64,000 nucleotides of DNA from Clostridia bacterium (lineage in GTDB: Bacteria > Bacillota > Clostridia > Christensenellales > UBA1242): the NCBI GenBank assembly GCA_017503005.1, contig JAFVTW010000003.1, forward strand, positions 73,807-137,806, in the 5' to 3' direction. A program made the position numbers and the translations under genes. The notes under the pieces were generated by a model that was not told the origin of the DNA, did not search any database, and saw only the letters and a list, made by a program, of their open reading frames with translations. Below are positions 1 through 11,000 of the stretch, piece by piece; the stretch's first letter is position 1, and each line of letters starts with the position of its first letter.

Positions 1-1
1 G

Positions 2-790
2 CAATATTTAGACTCTCCGCCTCAACCTGTTATTACAAAAGACAATGTTACAATGCAAATTGATACTGTAGTGTTCTTTAAAGTGTTTGATGCAAATCTA
101 TTTACTTATGGTGCAGTTAGTCCTATAAGTGCTCTAGAGAATTTGACAGCTACTACACTAAGAAACATTGTAGGAGAATTAGAACTAGATGACACTCTTA
201 CTTCTAGAGATACCATCAATGGTAAGATGACAGAGATTTTAGACTCTGCTACCGATCAATGGGGTATCAAGGTAAATCGTGTAGAACTTAAAAATATTAT
301 GCCACCAGCAGAAATTCAAAATGCAATGGAAAAACAAATGAAAGCTGAGAGAGACAGAAGAGAAACATTGCTAGAAGCAGAAGGTCACAAAGCTGCAGTT
401 ATTACCCGTGCAGAAGGTGACAAACAAGCCTTAGTTCTACAAGCAGAAGGTGAAAGAGATGCTAGAATAGCTAGAGCAGAGGGTGAAGCTAAAGCAATTT
501 ACTTAGCTAAAAAAGCAGAAGCTGATGGTCTAAAAGCTTTGAAAGAAGCAAATGCAGATGGTTCTGTACTAGAGCTTAAGAAATTTGAAGCACTTATTGC
601 AATGTCTAATGGTGTTGCTTCAAAAATTATTGTGCCTACCGATGCAGTAAATATGACAAAGTCAAATGTGTTGTTTTCTGAAACCACCGGTTTAGGCGAT
701 GTGACAGAGCCTGCTGATAGACCAGTAGAGCCTGACAAAAACGATCCTTGCTGTGATGATTCACCAAATACAACTAAATCAAAAGAATAA
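2..790 (+). CDS. SPFH/band-7 (stomatin/QmcA-like) protein, 5' end cut by window edge
   Basis: Frame is open from nt 2 (QYLDSPPQPVITKDNVTMQID). SPFH core (KVNRVELKNI) is followed by an Ala/Glu-rich coiled coil (AEGERDARIARAEGEAKA). TAA stop, then a terminator. Confidence 0.85.
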   Translation, partial: QYLDSPPQPVITKDNVTMQIDTVVFFKVFDANLFTYGAVSPISALENLTATTLRNIVGELELDDTLTSRDTINGKMTEILDSATDQWGIKVNRVELKNIMPPAEIQNAMEKQMKAERDRRETLLEAEGHKAAVITRAEGDKQALVLQAEGERDARIARAEGEAKAIYLAKKAEADGLKALKEANADGSVLELKKFEALIAMSNGVASKIIVPTDAVNMTKSNVLFSETTGLGDVTEPADRPVEPDKNDPCCDDSPNTTKSKE

Positions 791-802
791 TTAATACAAA
801 AA

Positions 803-830
803 AGACATCGATATTTTGATGTCTTTTTTT
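803..830 (+). terminator. Rho-independent terminator
   Basis: Hairpin agacatc/gatgtct followed by a T7 run. Confidence 0.75.
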
Positions 831-901
831 GTTGTGTATATACAAAGTGTTTTTCATTAAAATTGTAGTTGTGCTATACTTTAGAGGTAAACGAGGTTGA
901 A

Positions 902-2398
902 ATGATTATAAACAAATCAAAGTACTGTGGGTTTTGTCAGTGCCCAAAGAGTGTATGGCTAAAAAAGAATAAAAGTGAAGAGTTTGTTGCAGACCAGTCA
1001 GCTATGGAGAGAATGTCTGGTAGTAACGAAATATGTGCACTTGAATGTAAAGTATTCGGCGATTATGTAGATGTGCCTGCTAGTATGACGGGCAAAGCAG
1101 ATTTAGCCAAATTAGTGGCTAAAACTGCAGAACTTATAGCCGATAATGTGTCGATACTTACTAAGGCATCTTTTATGTATGACGAAGCATATTGTATGGT
1201 GGATATTCTTAAAAAAGAAGCCGAAGGGTATAGTATATATGCGACCAAAAGTTCTACTAGTCCAAACCATCATAATTATATAGTAGATATAGCTTATCAA
1301 AAATACATACTTGAGCATTGTGGTGTAAATGTAGTGTCTACAAATGTGATAAATGTAAATACTAGCTACAAATTTGATGGTAAGTTAGATATACACAAAC
1401 TATTTAAAATCTCAAATGTGGACGAACTGGTAGATGTTGAATTGCCTAATGTTGAAGGAAATATTGCTCAACTAAAAGAAATATTGAATATGGAAGAAGA
1501 GCCTAGTACTGGACTAAATGTGTCATGTCACAATCCATATCCTTGTGGATTTTGGAAATACTGCTCTAAACATTTGCCGAAGAACTCTGTTTTTGATTTG
1601 TATGCTACCAGTATTCAAAAGAAATTAGAGTATTACAACAAAGGTATAGTCACTTTTGAGGATTTGAAAAATAGTGATATAAGTATAGGAAAAATTCAAA
1701 ATATGCAAATTAATCACAACCTAAAAAGTAGACCTACTTATGTAAACAAAAAAGCAGTTAAAGAGTTTCTTTCTACTATATCGTACCCATTGTATTTTTT
1801 AGATTTTGAAACAGTGCAATTAGGTATACCTAAGTACAAAAACAGTAGACCATACCAGCCTATGCCATTTCAGTATTCGCTACATTACATAGAGAAAGAA
1901 GGTGGTGAAGTAAAACACAAAGAGTTTATATCTAGCCCAACCAAAGATCCTAGAAAACAAATTGCTAAAAGACTGTACAAAGATATTCCACAAAATGCAT
2001 GTATACTAGCATACAACAAATTTTTTGAGAGAGAAAGGCTCAAAGATTTGGCGAAGTTATTTCCTAGAATGGGCAAAAAGCTAAATGTTTTAGCCCAAAA
2101 TGTAATAGATTTGGCAGTGCCATTTGTAGAAGGTGCTGTGTACAACAAAAGAATGTCAAACTCTATATCTATAAAAAGCGTGCTTCCTGCATTGTATCCT
2201 AAAGACTCTAGTCTAAACTATGAAAGTTTAGATGGGGTAAACAATGGTAACGATGCGATGGTTGTATTTACCAAAATGAAAAATATGACAAGGAAGGAAC
2301 AAAAACAAATCAAACAAGAGTTGCTTGATTACTGCAAACTAGACACTTATGCTATGGTAAAGATATATGAGTATTTAGTAAAAGCAGTAAGTGAATAA
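902..2398 (+). CDS. DUF2779-like protein (Cys-rich N-terminus, RecB-like nuclease family guess)
   Basis: ATG 902 is preceded by GAGGT (the track start at 869 is GTG without an RBS). N-terminal KSKYCGFCQCPKSVWLKK resembles DUF2779 proteins. Confidence 0.6.
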   Translation: MIINKSKYCGFCQCPKSVWLKKNKSEEFVADQSAMERMSGSNEICALECKVFGDYVDVPASMTGKADLAKLVAKTAELIADNVSILTKASFMYDEAYCMVDILKKEAEGYSIYATKSSTSPNHHNYIVDIAYQKYILEHCGVNVVSTNVINVNTSYKFDGKLDIHKLFKISNVDELVDVELPNVEGNIAQLKEILNMEEEPSTGLNVSCHNPYPCGFWKYCSKHLPKNSVFDLYATSIQKKLEYYNKGIVTFEDLKNSDISIGKIQNMQINHNLKSRPTYVNKKAVKEFLSTISYPLYFLDFETVQLGIPKYKNSRPYQPMPFQYSLHYIEKEGGEVKHKEFISSPTKDPRKQIAKRLYKDIPQNACILAYNKFFERERLKDLAKLFPRMGKKLNVLAQNVIDLAVPFVEGAVYNKRMSNSISIKSVLPALYPKDSSLNYESLDGVNNGNDAMVVFTKMKNMTRKEQKQIKQELLDYCKLDTYAMVKIYEYLVKAVSE

Positions 2399-2491
2399 AA
2401 ATTGCTAAAATATGTTTTGTGAAAAATATTGATATAAGATAACCATTGTTTTATGATTAAGTATATTAAAGTATAATCATGTATTAAAAAA

Positions 2492-2519
2492 GAATCGCAT
2501 ATCTGCGACTCTTTTTTTG
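2492..2519. terminator. Bidirectional terminator between convergent genes
   Basis: Hairpin gaatcgca/tgcgactc flanked by an A-run and a T-run. Confidence 0.7.
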
Positions 2520-4763
2520 TTACAATTTTATTCTATATGTGCCACCGCCAAAAGCAGTTACATACATAATTTTTTCGTCTAGTGAGAAGCTAATATTTTT
2601 TAGCATAGTAAACAATCCTTCGTGTAACACTCTGCCACCATTTTCGTCTATTACAAATATTTTACCATAGGTGTCGGTAGCATACATTTTGCCATTGCTT
2701 GTAAATGCACTATGGAATATTCCATCAGTGTTTTCAAAAATCTTTACCAACTTGCCACCAGTGTAGTGGTATATGCCACCGTTTTCATTCACCCAAGAAC
2801 CATCATTGTATTCTTCAAACCACTTATAAGAGTAGGTTGGGATTACATTGATGTACAGTCCTTTTTCTTTGTGATATGTTAGGCTCCTAGCAATTACTAT
2901 GTCTCCTAAGTCTATGCTTTTAGAAGATGCACTAGATATATTGTACTCATACATTTTTGATGGTTTCCAGTATCCATTTTCTAGATACGGTGCAGTTAGA
3001 CAATATATGCTAGTATCAGTTAGAACAATGTCTTCACCATATATTAAGTCTTCGACTTTCTCCATACCATAGTTTATAGATACAAAGTTTTTTCCACCAT
3101 CACGGCTTAGGTAAAATCCTCTGTTGAATGTAGCTACTGCTACTAAAAAATTGTCTTCTGTTTGTGATACTGACATCTTTACAGGGATAGCATCTTTTGG
3201 TATCCCGTTGCTATATTCAAAGTCCCATGTCTTGCCTCCGTCGGTAGATACGGCAAAGGCTCCTTTGGTATACTCTTTGTCATATATAGTAGGATTGTAT
3301 GGGGCATCGTGACGAGAACTCCATAGTCCGTACAATTTGTTTTTTGTGTATTTGTCGAAGTGTAAATCGTAGCAAGTGTTGTATATGTCGTAGTCGGTTT
3401 GTGTAATTTCCATTCGTTGCCAAGTCTTGCCATTGTCGTAGCTATTTTGCAAACCCATATCTGTAGTGCAAATAACTATGTGGTTTTTGTCAAAAAGGTC
3501 TTCTTTTACAAAATATGTTGTTTGTACTTCTAGACCATTTGTTGAGTACTTACCATCGCCATGGTCATTACAATGAAGTGTTTTTATCTTTTTGGTTTCT
3601 TCTTTTTCGTATTCCATTAAGTATATGGTTTCCACATTTGAAACCAGACAAATATTGTTGTTGTGTGGACTAGCATATATTCCATAGAATGGACCATGCG
3701 AACCATATGACCAACCATTTAGATCTGTCACATGTCTAGTTTTGTACATAGAATCAAACACCCATTCGAAATTATTTCCATTAAATTTCATAATGCCATC
3801 TACTGTATCGTCGTATTTGCTTACAGGGTTTACTACTGGAGAACTAAAAGATAAGAAGATGTTGTTGAAGTTGTTTCCATCTATTTCTTTAAAGTGCCAG
3901 TTGAATGTACCAGCTTCGCCGTATTTAGTAAATTCAGTAGGTAGTGTGTTGTAGTCCATTAAGTCGTTGAAAGTTGCAAAGTTTGTCGTGTATAGTATTT
4001 TGCTTTGGTCTTCTAAGTCGTCTATAAAAAATATTTTTTCATCTATCACACAAAGGTCTTTTATGTATCCAGTTGTTGTATATACAGTAGCTATAGTGTT
4101 TATATTTGTATTGTAGAAAATTATTTTTGTTCCTAGTGAAATATATACACCCTTGTCTGTGATAGCCATTCGTACATCTATATCACTTGCAGGGTCTACT
4201 ATACCGGTTTCTTCTGTATATAGAATAGACAAGTTGTCGCCATTGTAATCAGTTTTGATTAGTCGCATACTGCCTTCCCAAGCTATGGTTACAAAAAATA
4301 TATTTTGTTCGTTTGAGATTATTCCTTTTATGTATCCGTTGTCAAAGTTGTCAGCTAACATTAGATTTTCGTTCCAGCCGCAACGACTGACAGAATGCTT
4401 TACATTTTTTGGATATATCATTTGTATGGTTTTACCTTTGTCGGTAGATGTATACAATCCGTATCCACCTGCAAATACCACACCGCTATCTGTGATGTGT
4501 GTGGTTGTAAACACTCCTCTAGCTACACTTCTGTCCCATGTCTTGCCTTTGTTGTGTGAGTAGTATAGTCCACCCATATCGCTAGTCACATAATATACAT
4601 TTTCGTCAGTAGGGTCTATCATTGGATTTAAAAAAGCTCCACCACCACCTATGCCTATTCGAGTGATTGTGTCATCGGGTCGGGTATTTAACCACAAAAA
4701 AACTCCTAGTCCACCCAGACCTAAAAATATTAAAATCAAAACAATTATTATAATCTTTTTCAT
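2520..4763 (-). CDS. Membrane-anchored BNR/Asp-box repeat beta-propeller protein (sialidase/GH74-like fold)
   Basis: N-terminal TM segment (IIIIVLILIFLGLGGLGVFLWL). Repeated SxDxGxTW-type boxes: SHNKGKTW, STDKGKTI, SYDNGKTW, STDGGKTW, SRDGGKNF. Confidence 0.7.
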   Translation of the reverse strand: MKKIIIIVLILIFLGLGGLGVFLWLNTRPDDTITRIGIGGGGAFLNPMIDPTDENVYYVTSDMGGLYYSHNKGKTWDRSVARGVFTTTHITDSGVVFAGGYGLYTSTDKGKTIQMIYPKNVKHSVSRCGWNENLMLADNFDNGYIKGIISNEQNIFFVTIAWEGSMRLIKTDYNGDNLSILYTEETGIVDPASDIDVRMAITDKGVYISLGTKIIFYNTNINTIATVYTTTGYIKDLCVIDEKIFFIDDLEDQSKILYTTNFATFNDLMDYNTLPTEFTKYGEAGTFNWHFKEIDGNNFNNIFLSFSSPVVNPVSKYDDTVDGIMKFNGNNFEWVFDSMYKTRHVTDLNGWSYGSHGPFYGIYASPHNNNICLVSNVETIYLMEYEKEETKKIKTLHCNDHGDGKYSTNGLEVQTTYFVKEDLFDKNHIVICTTDMGLQNSYDNGKTWQRMEITQTDYDIYNTCYDLHFDKYTKNKLYGLWSSRHDAPYNPTIYDKEYTKGAFAVSTDGGKTWDFEYSNGIPKDAIPVKMSVSQTEDNFLVAVATFNRGFYLSRDGGKNFVSINYGMEKVEDLIYGEDIVLTDTSIYCLTAPYLENGYWKPSKMYEYNISSASSKSIDLGDIVIARSLTYHKEKGLYINVIPTYSYKWFEEYNDGSWVNENGGIYHYTGGKLVKIFENTDGIFHSAFTSNGKMYATDTYGKIFVIDENGGRVLHEGLFTMLKNISFSLDEKIMYVTAFGGGTYRIKL

Positions 4764-4857
4764 AAAACTTCTCGCTTAAATATTAATATTAAAATAACAC
4801 AAATTTGAGTTTATTCAAAAGGATTGATAAATTTGTTCGCCATATTGTAGTTATTTA

Positions 4858-4895
4858 ACAAAAAGCTGAAGTCTAAAAACTTCAGCTTTTGTTTT
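4858..4895. terminator. Bidirectional terminator
   Basis: Hairpin agctgaag/cttcagct flanked by A- and T-runs. Confidence 0.7.
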
Positions 4896-5027
4896 ATTGT
4901 TCTATTGTTTGATTAACTTTTTTTGGCTTGCAAATTTTTTTTTCGTATATTAGTAGACTAATGTGCACTATAGAGCTTAGAGCGATAATTACTACTATGT
5001 AGATTTTGAATAAATCAAACTTTGTAG

Positions 5028-5621
5028 TTATTTTAATTTTGATATTTCTTCTACAAAATCTTCAATTTCAAAATTTTTCAAGTCATTATACCAGTTGTCG
5101 AATAGAATATAGTAGTTTACACCTTCATTTTTGGCATAAGATTTGTTATTTGTGTGATATGTTTCTTTTGAACAGTTGTTAGATGAGAATGAAATTAAAA
5201 AAAGTTTTACATCATTAGTATAGGTGACGGGCATAATTTCGTTGTTTGAAAATTTGCAGTTTAAAGTTTTTTCCTTTTTAAAAATTTCATTTACAGCTTT
5301 TATCTTGTCAATCACTCCTGTGGCATCTCGACAATATCCCATTTGTGTTTTAATTTCTAACATAGCCACAACTTCTTTTTCGCTATTTACAATCAAGATG
5401 TCCGGTCTATGTGTTTGTTTATTTACAGTCACAGATGGGTCTATATAAATTTTGTGACTTGTAAATATTTTTGATAGAAACAATGCAATTCCATCTTCAA
5501 TGTCAGTACTCAAACTTCTCAAATGTCCACGATATATTTCGGGTGCTATTTGTTTTTTTGTTTCATTGTAATGGTCTAAAATATATTCTTTAAGTTCGTT
5601 AATATGATTTTTGAATGGCAT
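5028..5621 (-). CDS. Hypothetical protein with PD-(D/E)xK nuclease-like motif
   Basis: HRPDILIV followed by AMLEIKTQ fits a PD...ExK spacing. RBS AAAGGA. No adjacent methyltransferase. Confidence 0.4.
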   Translation of the reverse strand: MPFKNHINELKEYILDHYNETKKQIAPEIYRGHLRSLSTDIEDGIALFLSKIFTSHKIYIDPSVTVNKQTHRPDILIVNSEKEVVAMLEIKTQMGYCRDATGVIDKIKAVNEIFKKEKTLNCKFSNNEIMPVTYTNDVKLFLISFSSNNCSKETYHTNNKSYAKNEGVNYYILFDNWYNDLKNFEIEDFVEEISKLK

Positions 5622-5641
5622 AGTTTTTCCTTTGTATGTTT

Positions 5642-6667
5642 TTATCTTTGAATTGCGGCATTGCCGTTTGTGGATATAAACTCTTCTACCTCTTTTTCTG
5701 ACAAGGTAGATACATCACCATAAAGTGTATGCTCTAGTACAGATGTTGCTAGTCCAAACTTTAGAGCATATTGTGGGTCGTCAAAATTTTTGATAAGTCC
5801 ATGTATTACACCAGAAGCAAATGCATCGCCACCACCTATTCTGTCGTATATAGAAAATCTAATAGGACCTTCATTTTTGAAAGTGCCATCTTTGCATACA
5901 CAATAAGATGATAGTGAATTGTCTGTAGCTGTGTGTACTATTCTTTCAGTACCAAATACATATTCTACATTGCTTTGTTCTATTAGTTTTCTAGATAGGG
6001 CAATTTTTCTTTCGGTTACATCTTCTATTTCTTTGTCTAGTTTAACTTCTAATATTTCGCCTATGTCAAAGTGATTTGCAAAAAGTATTTTTGCATAAGG
6101 TACTACTTTTTTAAAGTGTGGTCTAGCTTCTTCTATACTGTCCCATAGTTTAGAACGGAAGTTGAAATCGAATGATACAGTTACATTGTTTTTCTTGCAA
6201 TATTCTAGGCACTCAAATGCAACCTTTCTTACATTGTCGCCTAGAGCTAAAGTAATGCCAGATAAGTGGAACCAAGTAACACCTTTAAATAGTTCTTCAA
6301 AGTCAATTTCTTCAATATCTATTCTTGTTACTGATGAGTGTTTTCTGTTGTAGATAACTTTAGATGGACGACCCCCAAAGCCTGTTTCTACAAAATACAT
6401 ACCTATATTCGATGCACCTCTTACTATATTGTCTGTATTTACACCATGGCTTTTTAGGTGTTTTATGGCAGAATCTCCTAGTTGATTGTCGGGCAATTTA
6501 GTCAAAAACTCAGTTTTGTGTCCTAAGTGGGATAGGGAAACTAGTACATTGGCTTCTCCACCACCATAGTTTGCTATAAAGTTTCTTGCTTGAGAAATTG
6601 TGGTGTAGTCGGGTGGTGTAAGCCTAAGCATAATTTCGCCAAATGCAAGTATCTTATTCTTTGCCAT
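5642..6667 (-). CDS. kdgK: PfkB-family sugar kinase, 2-dehydro-3-deoxygluconokinase-like
   Basis: Start MAKNKILAFGEIMLRL with RBS GGAGA (the track start at 6712 lacks an RBS). PfkB signature GGGDAFASG. Confidence 0.75.
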   Translation of the reverse strand: MAKNKILAFGEIMLRLTPPDYTTISQARNFIANYGGGEANVLVSLSHLGHKTEFLTKLPDNQLGDSAIKHLKSHGVNTDNIVRGASNIGMYFVETGFGGRPSKVIYNRKHSSVTRIDIEEIDFEELFKGVTWFHLSGITLALGDNVRKVAFECLEYCKKNNVTVSFDFNFRSKLWDSIEEARPHFKKVVPYAKILFANHFDIGEILEVKLDKEIEDVTERKIALSRKLIEQSNVEYVFGTERIVHTATDNSLSSYCVCKDGTFKNEGPIRFSIYDRIGGGDAFASGVIHGLIKNFDDPQYALKFGLATSVLEHTLYGDVSTLSEKEVEEFISTNGNAAIQR

Positions 6668-6879
6668 ATCTGTCTCCATATATAAAAACTTAATATCGCC
6701 CTTAGTATACAACCAAATATTTTTAATAGCAATTTTAAACGGGTATGTTTCATGTAAAAGTTTTAATTTTTCTATATTAATACATTATAAAAAATTACTT
6801 CTTTAATTTGTGTTTTTGACTTAATAAAACCCCCAACTTAAATAGCTGAGGGTCTTATATTAAGTTTTTATTGTTTTTT

Positions 6880-7749
6880 CTACACAAAAACTAATATTAT
6901 TCCTAGCAAAAATCCAACTAAAATGGTTAAGGCTGGAAGTTTGCTTTTGTAGATTAAGATTGCTTCTGGCAATAGTTCACCAAATACAGCATATAGCATG
7001 GCCCCAGATGCAAAGGTTAGTGATAAGGCTAGCCACAATGGGCTAAGTAGTCCCAAAGAATATCCTAGAATTGCACCTAGTACTGTAGGCACACCTGCTA
7101 GTACCGATAGTAGTATAGACTTTAATTTTGAGGTGCCACTTGCAACCAAAGGGACAGATATTGCCATTCCTTCAGGTATATTGTGTAATCCCAAAACTAT
7201 AGCTATCAAAAATCCACCGCCTACAAATAAATTTCCAGTGTGTCCTGCATAAGATGCACCTATAACCATTCCTTCTGGTATGTTGTGTAAGGCTAGGGCA
7301 CAAGACATTATGATGCCTGCCAAAAATAATTCATATTTTCTAGCGACACCTGCTTGATGTCTTTTTAGGTGTACATTGTAGTGGTCAGAATGAATTAATT
7401 CATCTAGACTATCTGCTGTTTGTGGGTGGGTTTCATCTATATGTTGCACTTCTTTATTTGCATGTTTATCTATAATAAAGTTTAATAGATATACAGACAC
7501 AAAGCCCGCCACAATTCCCAGTATGATTATGTATAACGGAGTGTTAGATGTTGCACCGTCAGGGGTTATAGCTTCGGGAATTAATTCAAAGCAAACTATA
7601 GCAAGCATTACACCACTGGCAAAGCTTAGTAGCAAGCTTACAATTTTACTATTATCTTTTTTGAATATTGTCCCTAAAAATCCACCAACACCAGTGCCGA
7701 TTACGCCAGATATGGTACTTATAACTACCACAAACCAAAAATTGCTCAT
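6880..7749 (-). CDS. ZIP-family divalent metal (zinc) transporter
   Basis: Two HNIPEG motifs, a His-rich loop and multiple TM segments. Start MSNFW with RBS AGGAGA. Confidence 0.8.
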   Translation of the reverse strand: MSNFWFVVVISTISGVIGTGVGGFLGTIFKKDNSKIVSLLLSFASGVMLAIVCFELIPEAITPDGATSNTPLYIIILGIVAGFVSVYLLNFIIDKHANKEVQHIDETHPQTADSLDELIHSDHYNVHLKRHQAGVARKYELFLAGIIMSCALALHNIPEGMVIGASYAGHTGNLFVGGGFLIAIVLGLHNIPEGMAISVPLVASGTSKLKSILLSVLAGVPTVLGAILGYSLGLLSPLWLALSLTFASGAMLYAVFGELLPEAILIYKSKLPALTILVGFLLGIILVFV

Positions 7750-8088
7750 TTTCTTCTCCTGTGATATTATCATTTGTAAAAAATTACACTTTCTATGTCT
7801 ATTATAATTTACCCCACCAAATTTTACAAATAAATAATATTGGTTAAAGGAGATTTGTTTTTATCATATTTAAAGTATTGTGACACTATTGTTTTTTCAA
7901 TATACTAAAAAATGGCTCAAATAAGTCATTTTTTTGTTGTCTTTATGTAACTAAAAGTTCATATAGCCACCACCTAAATTAAATAAAGTCGATTTTTTTA
8001 AAATATTTAACTTTTTATTAGCACCTTTTAAAACAATTTGTGATATACTTAAAATATCAAATACAATAAATATGTATTAGGGGGTTTT

Positions 8089-11000
8089 ATGAAAAAGAAA
8101 TTTCTAACATTTTTATTTGCAATATGCTTTATGTTGCCTTGTGCAATCATACTGACTGCATGTGGTGGCAAAGACCCAGAAAAAACATTGTCAAGCATAA
8201 GTGTAGAGGCTGTTGACTCAGATGCAATATTGTCTATTGTTTATGAACCTAATGTGAGTGAACGATTTGATTTGAATGATTTTACGGTAACAGCAAATTA
8301 TTCTGATGGTAGCACAGAAGAAGTGACTGAAGGTGTTACAATGACAACATCTGGAACTTTTGATTGTTTGACTAATGATGGTAAATACATATTTACATAT
8401 CAAGAGAAAACAGCAGAAGTTCAAGTATATATTCATCAAAGAAATATTGAAACTAATGAATTTTTTGTTTGGGATTTAGAAGAAAGCTACAGATTAGAAA
8501 ATCCTGACCAACAAATTACACCAGAAATAAGATTTGAATGGTCAGAAAAAGATATAACATTAGTTAAAGATGTTGATTATACTGTTTCTTATGGTGAAAA
8601 TAATGGTAATACTATTGGTGAAACCGGTGGTAGTGTTACAATTACAGGTCAAGGCAACTATGATGGAACAATAACACGTAATTTTGCTATTTGGGGTGTA
8701 TCATCAACTGCAGAAGTTGAATTTCCTAATAGTGAAATAACCTACGACGGTAATAATCATATTCACAATGAACTAATGAGTTATGATTATATTCAAGAAC
8801 TAGAAGGTGTTGATTATGTTACATACTCATATTCAACAGATAATGGTTTTACTTGGCATGACGAAGAGTTCTATGGTTATGATTTTCAAATGGTAAATGC
8901 TGGAACTTATAAAATAAGAGCACACTTTGTAATGGATACTGGATATGAAGGTTTACCATCTGCGACAAAGACAGTAACAATTAATCCTATGAATTTGAAT
9001 GATGCTTATTTTTATGGTCCTTATGCACAAGCAACTTTTGCTAATAAAGAAATTACCTTTGGTGATTTAGAAGGTTTGTATTTTCAAATTAAACAAAATG
9101 GTGATGACCTAGTATTTGGAACCGACTTTGTTGTTGATACAGATTATAATGAAGATGGTTTTATAAATGGATATAAAGATAATATTTATGTTACTACAAA
9201 TGCAGGTGTTGTAATTAAAGGACAAGGCAACTTTACAGGTAGCAAAACTATTACATTTGCAATCAATCCATTAGAATTATGGTCAGGTCAAACTGAATTT
9301 TCAAATCTTCAGGAACAATGGACTTTTAATGGTTGTGAAATAGAACCAACATTTGACTTGTCTTATGAAGGAGTTGCTCTTGTTGAAGATTCTGATTATA
9401 CAGTATATTACGATTATAATGTATTTGCAGGAACCGGACGTATTAATATAATATATCAAGGTAATTATACAGGTCGTGAAGTAAAAACATTTGTTATTAA
9501 GCCTTATGTATTAGATATTAGTTGTTTATCATTTGAAGATGAGCCACTTACATATAATACCAAAGCTCAAGGAATAGAGATTTCACAGGAAAGTCTAGGA
9601 ACTCTTATTGGTGGAATGAATAGTAATATTATTAAATTATTCCATAATCCTGCTGATGAAACTACAATTAGATATGCAATTACTTATCGTTATACTGATG
9701 GAGATGAACTTGCAGAAATACCAATTGATGCAGGTGATTATAAGGCTTATGCTAGTTTTGGTGTTGTGAATGACACTGCTAATGAGTATTGGTATTTCAA
9801 TTCTATACAATTAATGAACGGGTCAATACCTGTAGAAACACCTTATGATGTAATTAGCAAATCATTTACTATTGCACCTTTTGAAATTAATTCTACAAAC
9901 ACAATTCATCAGTTTGAGAATGTTGATTATAGAACAAATAGTTCTGTAACTTATAAGGGTGATTATTTTGATGATATATCTACTCAATTAGTTATTGATT
10001 TTGGTAGTGGTACTACTGCGACATTTGAAGTGAACCAATGGGGAGTATGTAATGTTGGTGAATATATATTAGAACCGGATTTTGATAGTGAAGATACTAA
10101 CTATACTTTCTCAAAAGATACTTGTGGATTAGAAAATTTAACATTTACAATCAACAAACTTGAACTTACAGCTGGTAATTTTGAAACATATGCTGAGATT
10201 CCAACAATTACTTGTATTGAGGGCGATGGTGCTAATAAATATAAGATTTCTGCATTTACATCAAAACTTGAAGGCACTTATGCTTCTGAAAATGCTGAAT
10301 TGTTTATTGTAGATTATAATGCAAAAGAAAACAAATTTGCGGTAAAACTTATTGCTGAAAACTACAATATGACAGAAACTCTTTGGATTACACCAGTGGT
10401 AGCTAATGTTATTGATTTGGGCATATTTAGTTCAATAAAAATGGGGACAACAGGTTCTAGCGACACAACTGATGTAACTGATACATTTTTTACAGAAAAT
10501 CTTCTAGCGGCTGGAAAGTATTTTGAATTCTACTTTACTGAAGAAGTTTTAAATGATGAATCTATTTATGGTTGTTATCGTAAGGATAAAAATACAACAA
10601 ATGAAGCAATTAAAGAAGGTAATACTGTTATAGGTCATAGAGTTCATCTTAATGGTGCTGATTCAGCAATTGGATTTGAAATCTATGAGAATGGATATTA
10701 TAATACTATAATTATATTAACAAAAACCTACTATGTTACACCACCAGCAAAATTAATTAGCGATGATAATTATTTAAAGAATATATATGTTTTAGCATAT
10801 AACAAATCAACACAAGCAACATATGATAATAGACATTTTGATTACTATTCTTTATATGAAGTTGTTTCAGGTGAGAAATATGATGTAGATTATGTGATAG
10901 ATGATTTTGAATATGGAATAACTAATGTAATTAATATTATAGTAGATGCGACTGAGAATACAGTTTCATATCTATGCTCAAAGAGTTTAGAAGAAATGGG

